Positions 11,438 through 22,907 of a stretch of 64,000 nt of DNA are shown here, piece by piece. Location: the NCBI GenBank assembly GCA_964016885.1, contig OZ024741.1, positions 149,606,001-149,670,000 on the forward strand. The letters are read 5' to 3'. The notes beneath the pieces are model-generated. The model was not told the DNA's origin. It saw nothing but the letters and a program-made list of their open reading frames with translations, and did no database searches. The DNA comes from Eledone cirrhosa (taxonomy: Eukaryota). Numbering within the stretch: the stretch's first letter is position 1; every line of letters begins with the position of its first letter. Position numbers and translations under genes: made by a program.

Positions 11438-13810
11438 GAATCAAGTTAGATGAGATACGGTCTGGATTTATACCAGGCAGGGGTACTACCGATACTATCT
11501 TTCTGGTGAGACCTCTACAGGAGAGATACTTAGCTAAGAGCAAGCCACTATATCTGGCTTTTGTAGATATGGAAAAAGCCTTTGACAGGATCCCATGCTT
11601 GGTAATCTGGTGGGTATTTAGGAAGCTACGTGTAGACGTGAGGGCCATATAAGCTATGTACAAAGGAGCAACCAGTGCAGGTGGATGTGCACCAGGGCTC
11701 AGTCCTCAGTCCACACCTGTTTATCATTGTCCTTCAGACCATCACTGAAAAGTTTAAAACTGACATTCCATGGGAGCTCTTATATGCTGCTGATCTAGTC
11801 CTCATAGCTGAATCCATAAGAGAGTTAGACAAAATTTCAAGCATGGAAGAACCTAGAATTGAAAGGCCTAAAAGTAAACTTAGCAAAGATGCAAGTGTTA
11901 ATAAGTTGAAGAAAGGACAGGAGGATGATACCATCAGGAAAGTGCCTTGTTCGATATGTCAGAAAGGGGTGGACAGAATTTCTATAAGATGCACACAAGT
12001 GAAGGCGCATGGCTTAGTAGTTAGAGCATTGGGCTTGCAATTGAAAAGTTGTGAGTTCAATTCTCAGACTGGGTGATGTGTTGTTTCCTTGAGCAAGACA
12101 CTTTATTTCACATTGCTCCAGTTTACTCAGCTGTAGAAATGAGATGATAGGACTGGGGTTCCCTATCATTCCACTGCGAAGTGGTCATGGAGGTGCCACG
12201 GCAAAAAAACACCCAGCCCACACTGTAAAGTGGACGTGCAGGCGCCACGGAAAAAAAAGCACCCAGCACTCACTGTAAATGAGGTTGGTGTTAGGAAGAG
12301 CATCCAGCTGTAGAAATCAAGCCAGAGTCAGTTCCCGTATGAGCAAGACAAGGTCAGCCGACCGAACACTGCCCACAACAGGACAAGTCCCACCCTTGCA
12401 AGCAGGGAAAAGTGGACGTAAAATGATGATGATGCACACAGTATAATCTATGAACGCACAAGAGATGTAGCAGGGTTTACAGGTAGATTAATGGAAAAGA
12501 TAGACTTTGTATGTCTTCAGATGCACAGGAGAAGTAAGCACTAAGAACATACATGAAGTAGATTCCTTCAGTTGCCAGGGAAGCTCCATAGAAGTTGTCG
12601 ACAATTTTTGTTACTTAGGTGATCAATTTAGTGGGGGAAAATGCACTGAAAGTGAGAAAGCCAGGATCAGAACAGGCTGGAAGAAGTTTAGAGAGCTGAT
12701 ACTTCTGCTAACAACAAAGGACTTCTCTCTCAGAGTAAAGGGGAGACTGTATGATGCCTATGTTCAAACCACAATGCTACATGAGCCATGACCAAAGAAG
12801 ACTTGCAAAGGCTGGAAAGAAATGAAGCAAGTATGCTCCAATGGACATCTAATGTTAGTATGCAGGAATAACATAGCGTAAGTAAACTGAGGAAAAAATT
12901 CAGAATAAGAAGAATTGGATGTTGTATACAAGTGAGATGACTGCACTGGTATGGACATGCGATGCATATGGAGAATAGCAGCTGCATAAATAAGGCAGGC
13001 TCAGAAAGACTTGGGACAAGGTAGTGAAACTAAGCTTCACAACAGAGATGACAAAGGATCAAGAGGGCTGGTGCTATGCTGTGATTATGAAGACCCAGCC
13101 ACAAGCATACAATATGACCTGACATATCCATGTGTCCCCTCCCTTCCACCAATCCTCACCACTACTGCACCTACTATCCATGCCCCCTCCAGAACCACTC
13201 TTTAGCTACTCCCCCCTCTAAAGCCTATAGATATCCTCACTATTGCACCCTAGTAGCTACTCCCCTACCTCTTGCGCATCCTCCCACACTACCACCCCTT
13301 AACTATCTTTCCATCTCAGCTCCTTCCCCCGCACTCTATTGACCACATCCCCACACTACTACCCCTCCCCATACACTACCAGCTACACATTCCCTTATTC
13401 ATTGCCCTGCCAAATCACTACATACACCTATAGCTTTATACCTATCTCCCTCCCCTATGGCTTCCCCCTCCACAGAGCAGAGAGAGCTCTTCCTTTAGGA
13501 CCATGACCAACAGCCTCTCTAGTGTTAGTGTCAACATGAGAAACGCACCCAGTACACGCTATACAGTGATTGGTGTTAGGAAGGGCATCTAGCTGTAGAA
13601 AGCTTACCAAAGAAAGGGTTGGGAGAATCCTCCATTTGTGTCAGATATGACAGCCCCTCTAGTATTGGTGCCATAATAAAATGCACTTGGTAGAACACAC
13701 ACAGAAGTGTATCTAAGTGAGATGTGAACTCCCATCTGTGACACTGCTTTAATACAGACTTGGTCTGTGAAAACCCGTCAAACCCTTGCTAGCAGGGAAA
13801 GTGGACATTT
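11438..13810 (+). mobile_element. Older decayed RTE LINE, 3' part with C-rich 3' UTR, Meta-like motif and RTE-type terminus
   Basis: Fragments VHQGSVLSP, ELLYAAD and FCYLGD...RIRTGWKKFREL. 'ttggtgttaggaagggcatctagctgtagaaa' at ~13570 and terminus 'acccgtcaaacccttgctagcagggaaagtggac' at ~13775-13807. 3' boundary approximate. Confidence 0.8.
11998..12430 (+). mobile_element. tRNA/CORE SINE with Meta-like domain and RTE-derived tail, inserted in old RTE
   Basis: A-box TGGCTTAGTAG, B-box GAGTTCAATTCTC, (GAT)n tail. 10-bp TSD GATGCACACA at 11988-11997 and 12431-12440. Confidence 0.9.
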
Positions 13811-14392
13811 TGTACAAAGAGTACCATCACTCACATGTGAGAGCTTCAGTACACTGACGACAATGCGACTGCAGACCAGACTACCATCAACCTCCAGAGA
13901 TCAGCAAACCTTTACAATGCAGCTAACAAACGTTTTGGGATGCAGGTCAATGTAAAAAAATCTCATCCAACCATCCCTGGACAAGCAATACCGGACGTCC
14001 ACATCAACATCGATGGACAGCTGGTAGAAATCGTCAGTCCATATTACTAACAATGTCGAGGCTACCATCCTTTGATATCGCCTTTGCTGGGTGGGCCATG
14101 TGTCCAGAATGCACTCCACGTGACCCCCTCGCACCATCCTATTTGGAGAACTTGCTAGCAGGTGGAGGCCCAAAATGACACTTCAAGGATCAGTTAAAGA
14201 CATTCCTGACACAAGCCAACATCAACCTTGAGACATGGGAAACCATTACTGCAAATCAGCCTTCCTAGCATAGGACAATCCGGGAGGGGACCAAGATTTT
14301 TAAATCCAACCGCCGACATGAAGAAGATCTGCGACGTGCCACAAGGAAGGCCCAACTCTCCCAACCACATCCACCACCAACACTCCCCTGTG
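13811..14392 (+). mobile_element. Decayed fragment of a different RTE (BovB-like) family
   Basis: Broken frames give INIDGQL and RLCWVGHVSRM...PRTILFGELA. Confidence 0.6.
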
Positions 14393-14680
14393 ACATCATC
14401 ATCATCATCATCATCGCTAAACGTCTATTTTCCATGCTAGCATGGGTTAGATGAGTTGTCCCATTTGAGACAAGTCAGGTCAGGCGACTGTGTCTTGTTT
14501 GTATATATACACAAATATATATATTCACCAGCTTGAAGATTATGCTATGGGTGAAAGGTGTGTATGTGGAATATTCAACCACTTATTGTACATGAATAAA
14601 TAGTTTCCTTGATTTTAAACACTGATCATAGAAAATGATACAAGATTGATAATTATATCTATATGACTGTCTTTTGTTAG

Positions 14681-14849
14681 GGCTGGCCTTAAAGTTGGAG
14701 ATGTGATTGTTGCTGTAAACCGCAAAGATGTCAATGAGTCATCTGATGTCTACCGAGCAATAGAGACTGGTCAACCTTTGAATCTAACAATTTGTCGCAG
14801 GAAACAGACTTTGAATATTAAAATTGAACCAGAGATGATTCAAGATTGA
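14681..14849 (+). CDS. HTRA2: HtrA2/Omi-like protease, last coding exon (C-terminal half of PDZ)
   Basis: Acceptor cttttgttAG|G. Phase 2 completes TG+G=Trp, then AGLKVGDVIVAVNRKDVNESSDVYRAIETGQPLNLTICRRKQTLNIKIEPEMIQD*, matching the HtrA2 end (AGLRPGDVI...EDVYEAV). Not in the ORF track. Confidence 0.9.
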
Positions 14850-14885
14850 TTACAAATTTCATACGAGGTGGAATGTTTTATGTAA

Positions 14886-14968
14886 AATAAATAAATAAAT
14901 AAATGAGAAAATATTTTCAATTTAATGAAAACATATTTTAAATGCAATCATACTATCTTTGAAATAAA
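14886..14968 (+). terminator. Candidate polyadenylation signals of HtrA2
   Basis: Overlapping AATAAA hexamers from 14886 and another at 14963-14968, followed by a T-rich stretch near 15000. Confidence 0.5.
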
Positions 14969-15029
14969 GTACAAAGAAATTTTGAAATTTTCATTCGTAA
15001 TTTTTTTTAAAAGTTTATATTTTCCTCGG

Positions 15030-15572
15030 TAAGCAGAGCTGGTGCAGTAATGCGCCAGCTTCAGTATTCGGTAATCAGAAGAGAGGTAGGTGTAAAAGCA
15101 AAACTCGATACTTTCAATTCAGTATTCATGCCAACCCTTACCTATGGTCATGAATCTTGGGTAATGACTGAAAGAATACAATCGTGAATACAAACGGCCG
15201 AAATGGATTCCTCCGAAGGGTTTTTGGAGTAACATTACTCAATGAAATGCATAGTTCAGAGATCAGAGAGTCACTTCAGGTAGAGCTGCTACTTCTCTGA
15301 ATAGAGAGATCACAGCTCCGATACTATGGGCATGTGATTAGAATGTCTCGGGAAAGAATTGTTGGACAGATTTTACAGGTAAAACCTACTGGCAGGAGAC
15401 CCAGGGGTAGACCCTGAGCAAGATGATTGGATAACATCCATAAGCTTGGCTGGTCTCACTTGGGGATCCAACCAGATCAGTTGGAGATGGTTGCTTCTGA
15501 CAGAACCCACTGGAAGGAGTGTTTGAGGACTCTGCCCCCACGACCCTCTCAGGAATAAATGGGTGAAGAAGA
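15030..15572 (+). mobile_element. 5'-truncated RTE (Expander-like) 3' fragment
   Basis: RAGAVMRQL...PTLTYGHESWVMTER...SQLRYYGHVIRM...GRRPRGRP with stops; short GAA tail. Confidence 0.8.
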
Positions 15573-16644
15573 TATGTAAACAAGCTGGTTGACTTAAGAA
15601 CCATTGGGAAAACTTGAAACTTAAAATGTGTACATCTCAATGCAAATGACCATAATAATAGTCAATCACTATAAATAATAGAAAAAATTGGGTAAAGTAC
15701 CCTTAGACTTGGATAAAAGTGGACAATGGAGCTTGTAAGGAAGGTGTCTCTATCCAATTTTTGTTTCATGCGCAAGAGTACTTTACCCAATATATTCCAA
15801 ATATTATCTATAATGATCAACTATTATTAATTATGATCATTGGCATTGGGCCACATGTTTCAAATTTCATATAGATACAAGGACTTGTGTGCTGGAACAT
15901 TGTCTTGATAAAACAAGACCCCTTTCGTCAGTTATCCTGGGTGTTTGGTATTAATAGTGTTTTGTAACTACCGCAGCAAGTTGGCATAATACTCTCCATT
16001 GATGGTATGACCCTTTTGAAGATAATTAATAAACCTGGAGAGATGCCATGCTGAGAAAAACCCATGCAAGCATGGGAAAGTGGATGTAAAAGTGATGATG
16101 ATATATATATATATAACGATCATCAAGATTTAATGTTTATTTTTCATGCTTGCATGGGTTTGGTGGGCTCTCATATCCTGAGGATAGACAAGTCAGGGGA
16201 TTACTTTCTGCTTCTACACTCCATTTTTGGCTTGGTTTTTACAGCTGAATGCCCTTCCAAATGCCGCCATCTTACAGGGTGGACTGGGTGCTTTCCATTG
16301 TGACACCAATACTACCATCTTATATATCATCATCAGCATCATCATTTAACAGCTATCTTCCATGCTAGCATGGTTAGACAGGTTTCTCCCATTTGAGGCA
16401 AGTTTGGTCAGGTGACCGTGTCTCGCTCATATAGGACTGTTTCTATATATATATATATATATCATCATCATTTAATGCCCATTTTTTCACACTAGCATGG
16501 GTTAGTAGAGGTGTTCTGTTGTGAGACAAGTCAGATCAGATGACCATGTCTTTCTCATGCAGAACTGTTTCTGGCTTGGATGGATGCCCTTCTTAATGCC
16601 AACCACATTTACAGTGTGGACTGGATGCTTTTTATCATGGCATT

Positions 16645-16965
16645 GCTGTTTGTATACAATCATACAATCTGCCCTTCATTTTGAGGAAAAAAGCTTTTGT
16701 AGCTAGTAGCAGTACTAGCTCCCTGAACTTTCTCCATCCCATTCACACTCTGGCTACTGTACTTTCAGAAAACCCACCTCCTCTGCTAAGCTGTCAACTA
16801 CTTCTACAGAACCTGTTAAGAATTTGATAGAGCTTGTTTCCTGTGAGTGCTTGCTGCTTACTGCTCCAGTGCATTGACCAAGTGTAAAACCTAAGTTCTT
16901 TTTCTAGCCTGTCTGAGATCCCACTACATCTCTTGTCAACCCATAGTTTGTATTTGGGACAGAAG
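16645..16965 (-). mobile_element. Decayed RTE fragment (PHD region to RT end)
   Basis: FCPKYKLWVDKRCSGIS and RVRMGWRKFRELV-like translations. Confidence 0.7.
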
Positions 16966-18077
16966 GAGAGAAAGAGATAATTAGCCAGCACTATGTATAA
17001 TCAGGTGTAATCACCATGTTTTATATACGATATCATATTAGATAGATAAAGAGATATTAGCTAGGCTAGTTTTAACTGTGTTAGAATTTCATCATTTACT
17101 CAGTCACTGATGAAATTCCAAAACAAAGTTAAAACTAGTCAGGTTGATCACTCTTTTTTGTCCATGTGGATATTTTTATATAAGGATTAAGTGTTTATAT
17201 CTGTCTATGCATACATACAATTTTATCTAAAAATCTATAGATATATTCTATAGGACAGTGTATAAACAGTTTAGAACAGGCACACCTTATCTGCATGTCG
17301 CAAGAAGTAACTAAAAAGGTTGGTGTTGAGAAGGGCATCCAGTGAAACTCCTAGGCCACACTGTAAAATGGTCGTGATGGTGACACAGTAAAAAGCGCCC
17401 AGCCCACACTGTAAATGTGGTTTGCATTAGGAAGGGTACCCAGCGGTAGCAACTTGCCTCAAATGGGACAACCCATCTAATCCATGGTAGCGTGGAAAAT
17501 GGACGTTAAGCAATGATGATGATACATATATATATATAGTCTGCTATCTTTGTTGTGAGGTTCAACTTCTTAAAGTCAGTCCTCACTACTTTATACCATG
17601 TCTTCTTGGATCTGCCTCTTCCACTAGTTTCATCCACTGAGTTTTTTTTTTTTACTTCCTTATATGACTGTCATCTCCCACATGCATCCAAACCAACAGT
17701 CTTTTCTCTTGCTCACTAGGTTGAAGACTGTGTTGGTAACAGCACACACTAGTAATATAATTCTTCAATTTACTAATCCAACCATACTTTAAAGAAAGTA
17801 GAGTATATTTATTATTTAAAAACATGTAAGCCCTACGGTTAAGTTGAAACCGCTTCGATGGTTGAATTCTAAGCTTGACCGTGCGTGACTTGCATGTTAC
17901 TAAATAATATATATATATATACATATATATATATATTTAAAGGTTAAACAAGGTTCAACGAATAAATCAAAGAATGAGTTTTACAATAGATTGGAAGCAC
18001 TCAACAAAAATGGTTTTCCGGAGTTATTAATATTAATTCAAAATATTAACAAAAATAGACATTCGTGTGATCAAGTA

Positions 18078-18144
18078 TATTTTATTATACATATTTCAGA
18101 GGTACTGAGCTATCTTCAACAGTACGTCCTCATCAGATAAAATA
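18078..18144 (-). ncRNA. Minimal type-I hammerhead ribozyme (family H1)
   Basis: Minus strand: TATTTTAT-CTGATGA-GGACGTACTG..CAGTACCTCT-GAAA-TATGTA-TA-ATAAAATA. Confidence 0.75.
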
Positions 18145-18629
18145 AGATGATGCATGACATACCCTGACTTAGTAGATGGTTAAGATTCAGTCATAGTAGT
18201 GAATAAGATATGACAAAACTCAATATTTATATACCTTAAGATTGAGACATGAACAAATTTACATATAATACAGAGGGTGCGTGTGAGAAAGTTTAAAAAT
18301 ACATAATAGCAATTTACATAACTGTTAGAGATTCAAATAATTTAAATTATTGAAGAAAGAAAGAAAACAGAGAAACAGATGAGGAAAAACTATTTTTTCC
18401 TTATCTGTTTCTCTCTGTCTTTCTTCTTTCTTTAATTATTTGAATCTCTAAGTTATGTAAATTGCTATTATGTAATTTTAAACGTTCTCACACACACCCT
18501 CTGTATTATATGTAAATTTTTTCATGTCTCAATCTTAAGGTATATAAATATTGAGTTTTGTCATATCTTATTCACTACCATGACTGAATCTTAACCATCT
18601 ACTAAGTCAGGGTATGTCATGCATCATCT

Positions 18630-18696
18630 TATTTTATCTGATGAGGACGTACTGTTGAAGATAGATCAGTACCTCTGAAATATGTATAATAAAATA
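18630..18696 (+). ncRNA. Minimal type-I hammerhead ribozyme (family H1)
   Basis: Stem I TATTTTAT/ATAAAATA (8 bp), core CTGATGA and GAAA, stem II GTACTG/CAGTAC, short stem III, predicted cleavage after A18688 (AUA). Confidence 0.78.
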
Positions 18697-19292
18697 TACT
18701 TGATCACACGAATGTCTATTTTTGTTAATATTTCGAATTAATATATATATATATATACTCGTTTATGTATCATAAACCCATTATTGTGTTGTTTTTGCAA
18801 GCAAACATATCACCTACAGTATACAAGATGTATTGCCAATGTTATTGTGTGACGATTTACGACACCCAATGACTTAAAATTAGCAAGCATTATAGATGAG
18901 AGATAAGCTTGGAACATTTGAATTTGATAAAATAAACAAGAATAATCTGGTAAAAGTAAAGTTGAGAATATCATCACATATTTTAAAACGCTGTGGTATA
19001 TGCGTGTGTCATCGATTATATTAAAATAGGAGAAAAAAATAGATAAAAGAAAGCGGAAGGATTTGTAAATCAGAGTCAAATCCCAAAACACCATGGTGGA
19101 TTTGGTGGGTAATTGATGTGGCCACCATGTTTTTATCACACCTCATTGTTTATGACACCGTATGGCTGGTGTATTAAACTTTGCATTCATTTAATGTATT
19201 TCTTTTTTATTTTATTTCATTTTCAATATTAATTAAATATGTTTTATTAATATTCTTTTTTTAATATTTAAATTGTTTTTGTTACACACACA

Positions 19293-19491
19293 CATATATA
19301 TATGCTTTACATATATAGATGTGTGTATATATATATTTATATGTATATATGTGTATATGTATGAGTGTATATGTATATATATATGTGTGTATATGTACAT
19401 ATATATATATGTGTGTATATGTATATATGTATATATATATGTATGTATATATATATGTGTGTATATATGTGTGTGTATATATATATATATA
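19293..19491. repeat. Compound (TA)n/(TG)n microsatellite; similar tracts at 21285-21320, 21495-21543, 21897-21990, 24065-24108, 30990-31040, 59941-59974, 61555-61625
   Basis: Directly visible dinucleotide runs. Confidence 0.95.
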
Positions 19492-20269
19492 AGCCCCCAA
19501 ATCGGCTCTGATTGAGAAGACCATTTAACCTAGTGTTCCAGCTATGGCCATCCCGACTTTTATATACCTAGGACTGTTTTGATCAATATGACATTTAAGA
19601 TGAGATTGAAGGGGAATTTTGATGCTATGTCTAGCAGCTATGAAAGCCTAACTCGTTGGCATTGTGGTGGGTGTGAGAATAACAGGAACTCTTTCGATTT
19701 CTAGTTAAAGCCATTTCTTTTTCACTTATTTATTTATTCTTTACGTCACTAATGACCTTGTGGAAAATATGAATGTCGGCACATCACCATTTCCAATGTC
19801 TTCCCTTATATATAGCGAGTCCAATGGAACGAAAAAGAACAAACAAAAAAGCACCATCGTCATTATTATGATTATTTACCATCAACATTTATTAGAAATG
19901 TTAAGCCGCCTGTAATCAGTTTAAAGTATTTATTTAGTTTCATACGGCTTAGGCATTCTGAGTTCAAGTCACATTGAGATACCAGAAATATACTTATGCC
20001 ATTTCGCTCAACTTCTACAAAGAATTCAGCTGGTGTTAAGTGAAAAGAAATAGTTTTCATTTGTTATATAAGTGATAAACAAAGATGTTTGGGGTTTTTT
20101 AAAATATCAATTTGAATGAGTTTTGCTTCGAAGCTGTGGAAGAGGTTCAATTTAAGTTCTCCACGTTTTAAAACAAATTTTTGTAATTCTCCCATTTGAT
20201 CAATCACTGTGACAATCGTTAAAATTGATTTATTTAAATATTTGTGATAATTAAATATATAGGAGCTGG

Positions 20270-20585
20270 TGTTATTGTTTAGCCTTGATAGAGTAGACCT
20301 ATGATATTATAGGTATTCCAGCCGTGACCATCCTGGTTGGACTGCTATTTCTAGCAGATCGAGAGACAACATAAAAGCTCACTTTTTTTTTTAGTCGACT
20401 CCAGCAGTAGAGCAGACCTATGATCAGAGATCTGCCAGCCATAATTATCCTATCATTTTTAGACATAGTGTAGTTAGGACCACATCCTTTCATGTATTTT
20501 TTAAAGACAACAGTGTCATTCGATGTAGATATGACTGCTATCTTTAGCAGGTCGAGGAATAAAATAGGGGCCTGATTCGTTGATG
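20270..20585 (+). repeat. Unclassified dispersed repeat; other copies near 2836, 19495, 20990(-), 36745, 51180, 52215, 53555
   Basis: Recurrent motifs 'gagcagacctatgatca...ccagccgtgaccatcc' and 'gctatttctagcaggtcga'. Confidence 0.6.
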
Positions 20586-21287
20586 TTGGCCATGGGTGTT
20601 AGACCACATGGACAAATGAAAAAAAAATGCTTGGTCCTATTAAATCACAGTAAGTGATTCATTGTATGAGTTTACGTATACACCCCCATATATATACACA
20701 TACACGAGTGCATGTATGGATATATATATGTGTTCACACACATAGACGTGCATATACTTATAGATATATTGTATTATTTGTGAATTATATATATATTATA
20801 GATGTGTGTGTGAGCGCATTTATGTATATCAGGTGCCGTATTCATACGAAAAGGTACAGATATACACATATACATTTCTTTAAATCACTCCCCCACACGT
20901 TCTTTTTGTGTGTATATATATATAAATGAGTGTGTGTGCATATTTGAAGCACTTAATAGTTTCTACTTTAATACTGCAAACCGGTCGACCTGCTAAAAAA
21001 AATCAGTTACATCTCCCTCAAATCACAGCATATTGTCTTAAAGTAGGACAGATTGCATCGTGCGTTTGAAAAATAAAAAAGACAAGATGATCAAAGCTAG
21101 AACGTCTTTGATCATAGGTTTCCTTCATCATTGTTGACCTTGGGTTAAACAACCCAAACTTTAGAATAAAACGCATGTATACAATATAGTCAGTGGTGTA
21201 ACCTAAAAAACACATATGTGCGAGTGAATGATGTGACAGGGGTCGGCTTACTTTATTCGTCTCTCAATTCAATGGTTTAGCTATCTA

Positions 21288-21323
<36 letters not shown>

Positions 21324-21490
21324 TGCTCCATACTTTAAAGAAAATAGAGTAGATATTATTTCATACATACATATAAATAAATCATCGAAACAGTTTTAAG
21401 CTTGACCGTCGAGTTAACACATATGTGTGTGTGTATATATATATATATATATTATTATTTATGGCAATATTGTAACAATATGACCCTCCC

Positions 21491-21550
<60 letters not shown>

Positions 21551-21895
21551 AATAAAGCTCAGAATTGCCCAAAGAGAAAATCGCAGTAAAGTACTTTCAA
21601 ATAAAGATAAAGAAACCTTATATTTGTATTTATAAGCTTCTTTGAATTATATTCTAAGCGATATTATTCATTGAGATATATTGTATATTATTGACTAATT
21701 TTTAAATATATATTATAATATATGTGTGTGTGTGTGTAGCTGTACATTAATGCATACACGTGTACATTATATATGTATAATGTATGTACATGTACAGCAC
21801 ACACAAATGTCATAACACATTACATACATCTCTCTCTTTCTCTCTCTCTCTCCACACACACACATGGTTATTTTTTATTCATTATACATACATAG

Positions 21896-21992
<97 letters not shown>

Positions 21993-22150
21993 TAAATATA
22001 CACGGGTGTATATGATTGTGTATAGAAGATTATATTAATAAAAGGAATTCCAACTTTGTCTGATTTACTCGTTTTATTTACAATCCTTTAAAATTTATAA
22101 TGGTATTATAATGAAATAGTATGGTAGAATATTAAATGTTAAGTGTTAAT

Positions 22151-22189
22151 TGAACAAGTACTTTCATGCTTTCGCAATCTTCAGGTTCA
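22151..22189 (-). ncRNA. Minimal hammerhead motif (family H2), mirror copy
   Basis: Reverse complement of 22278-22316. Confidence 0.65.
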
Positions 22190-22277
22190 TAATGTGTGGT
22201 GACAGTCAAGTTTGCAATTTTCAACTGTGAAATTTTCAACAGTTGAAAATTGCAAACTTGACTGTCACCACACATTA

Positions 22278-22316
22278 TGAACCTGAAGATTGCGAAAGCA
22301 TGAAAGTACTTGTTCA
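22278..22316 (+). ncRNA. Minimal hammerhead motif (family H2), 39 nt
   Basis: TGAAC-CTGAAGA-T-TGC(GAAA)GCA-T-GAA-AGTACT-T-GTTCA: stem I TGAAC/GTTCA, GNRA-capped stem II, palindromic stem III AGTACT. The U-U pair at the stem II base is non-canonical. Confidence 0.65.
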
Positions 22317-22446
22317 ATTAACACTTAACATTTAATATTCTACCATACTATTTCATTATAATACCATTATAAATTTTAAAGGATTGTAAATAAAACGAGT
22401 AAATCAGACAAAGTTGGAATTCCTTTTATTAATATATATATATATA

Positions 22447-22892
22447 AATTTAAAAGTTAAACAAGGTTCAATGAATACATCAAAGAATGAGTTTTACAAT
22501 AGATTAGAAGCACTCAACAGTTAAAAGGTTTTCCAGAGTTATTAATATTAATTCAAAATATTAACAAAATAGATATTCTTGTGATCAAGTATATTTTATT
22601 ATACATATTTCAGAGGTACTGAGTTAAGTTCAACAGTACGTCCTCATCAGATAAAATAAGATGATGCATGACATACCCTGACATAGTAGATGGTTAAGAT
22701 TCAGTCATGGTAGTACCATGGTAGTACCATGTCTGAATCTTAACCATATTTTATTATACATATTTCAGAGGTACTGAGTTAAGTTAAACAGTACGTCCTC
22801 ATCAGATAAAATAACTCAGTACCTCTGAAATATATATAATAAAATATACTTGATCACAAGAATATCTATTTTGTTAATATTTTGAATTAATA
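22447..22892. mobile_element. Rearranged family H1 element with two minus-strand hammerheads (22592-22658, 22747-22813) and an inverted 3' half-copy
   Basis: 22447-22713 matches 17936-18200, followed by a short turn-back, a repeated hammerhead unit and an inverted end at 22814-22892. (TA)n on both sides. Confidence 0.75.
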
Positions 22893-22907
22893 TATATATA
22901 TATATAT

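Larger units (their letters stand above)
17936..18744. mobile_element. Penelope-like pseudo-LTR fold-back (family H1) in (TA)n
   Basis: Arms ~18030-18389 and ~18393-18744 are reverse complements. (TA)n on both sides, one hammerhead per arm, TATATAAA at 18541. Confidence 0.75.
22031..22436. mobile_element. Palindromic Penelope-like relic (family H2): 198-bp arms, 10-nt spacer
   Basis: 22031-22228 is the reverse complement of 22239-22436 with no indel and no mismatch found by eye. One hammerhead motif per arm; TA-rich flanks. Confidence 0.78.

Noticed and set aside
12001-12075. tRNA gene (also near 880-950 and 28245-28310)
   Set aside because: A and B boxes are present but continue into CORE and tail sequence, with TSDs at two copies; these are SINE heads.
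19273-19524. YI/CV/HT-rich ORFs here and at 21402, 21784, 30835, 52826, 61432
   Set aside because: Translations of (TA)n, (TG)n and (CA)n microsatellites.
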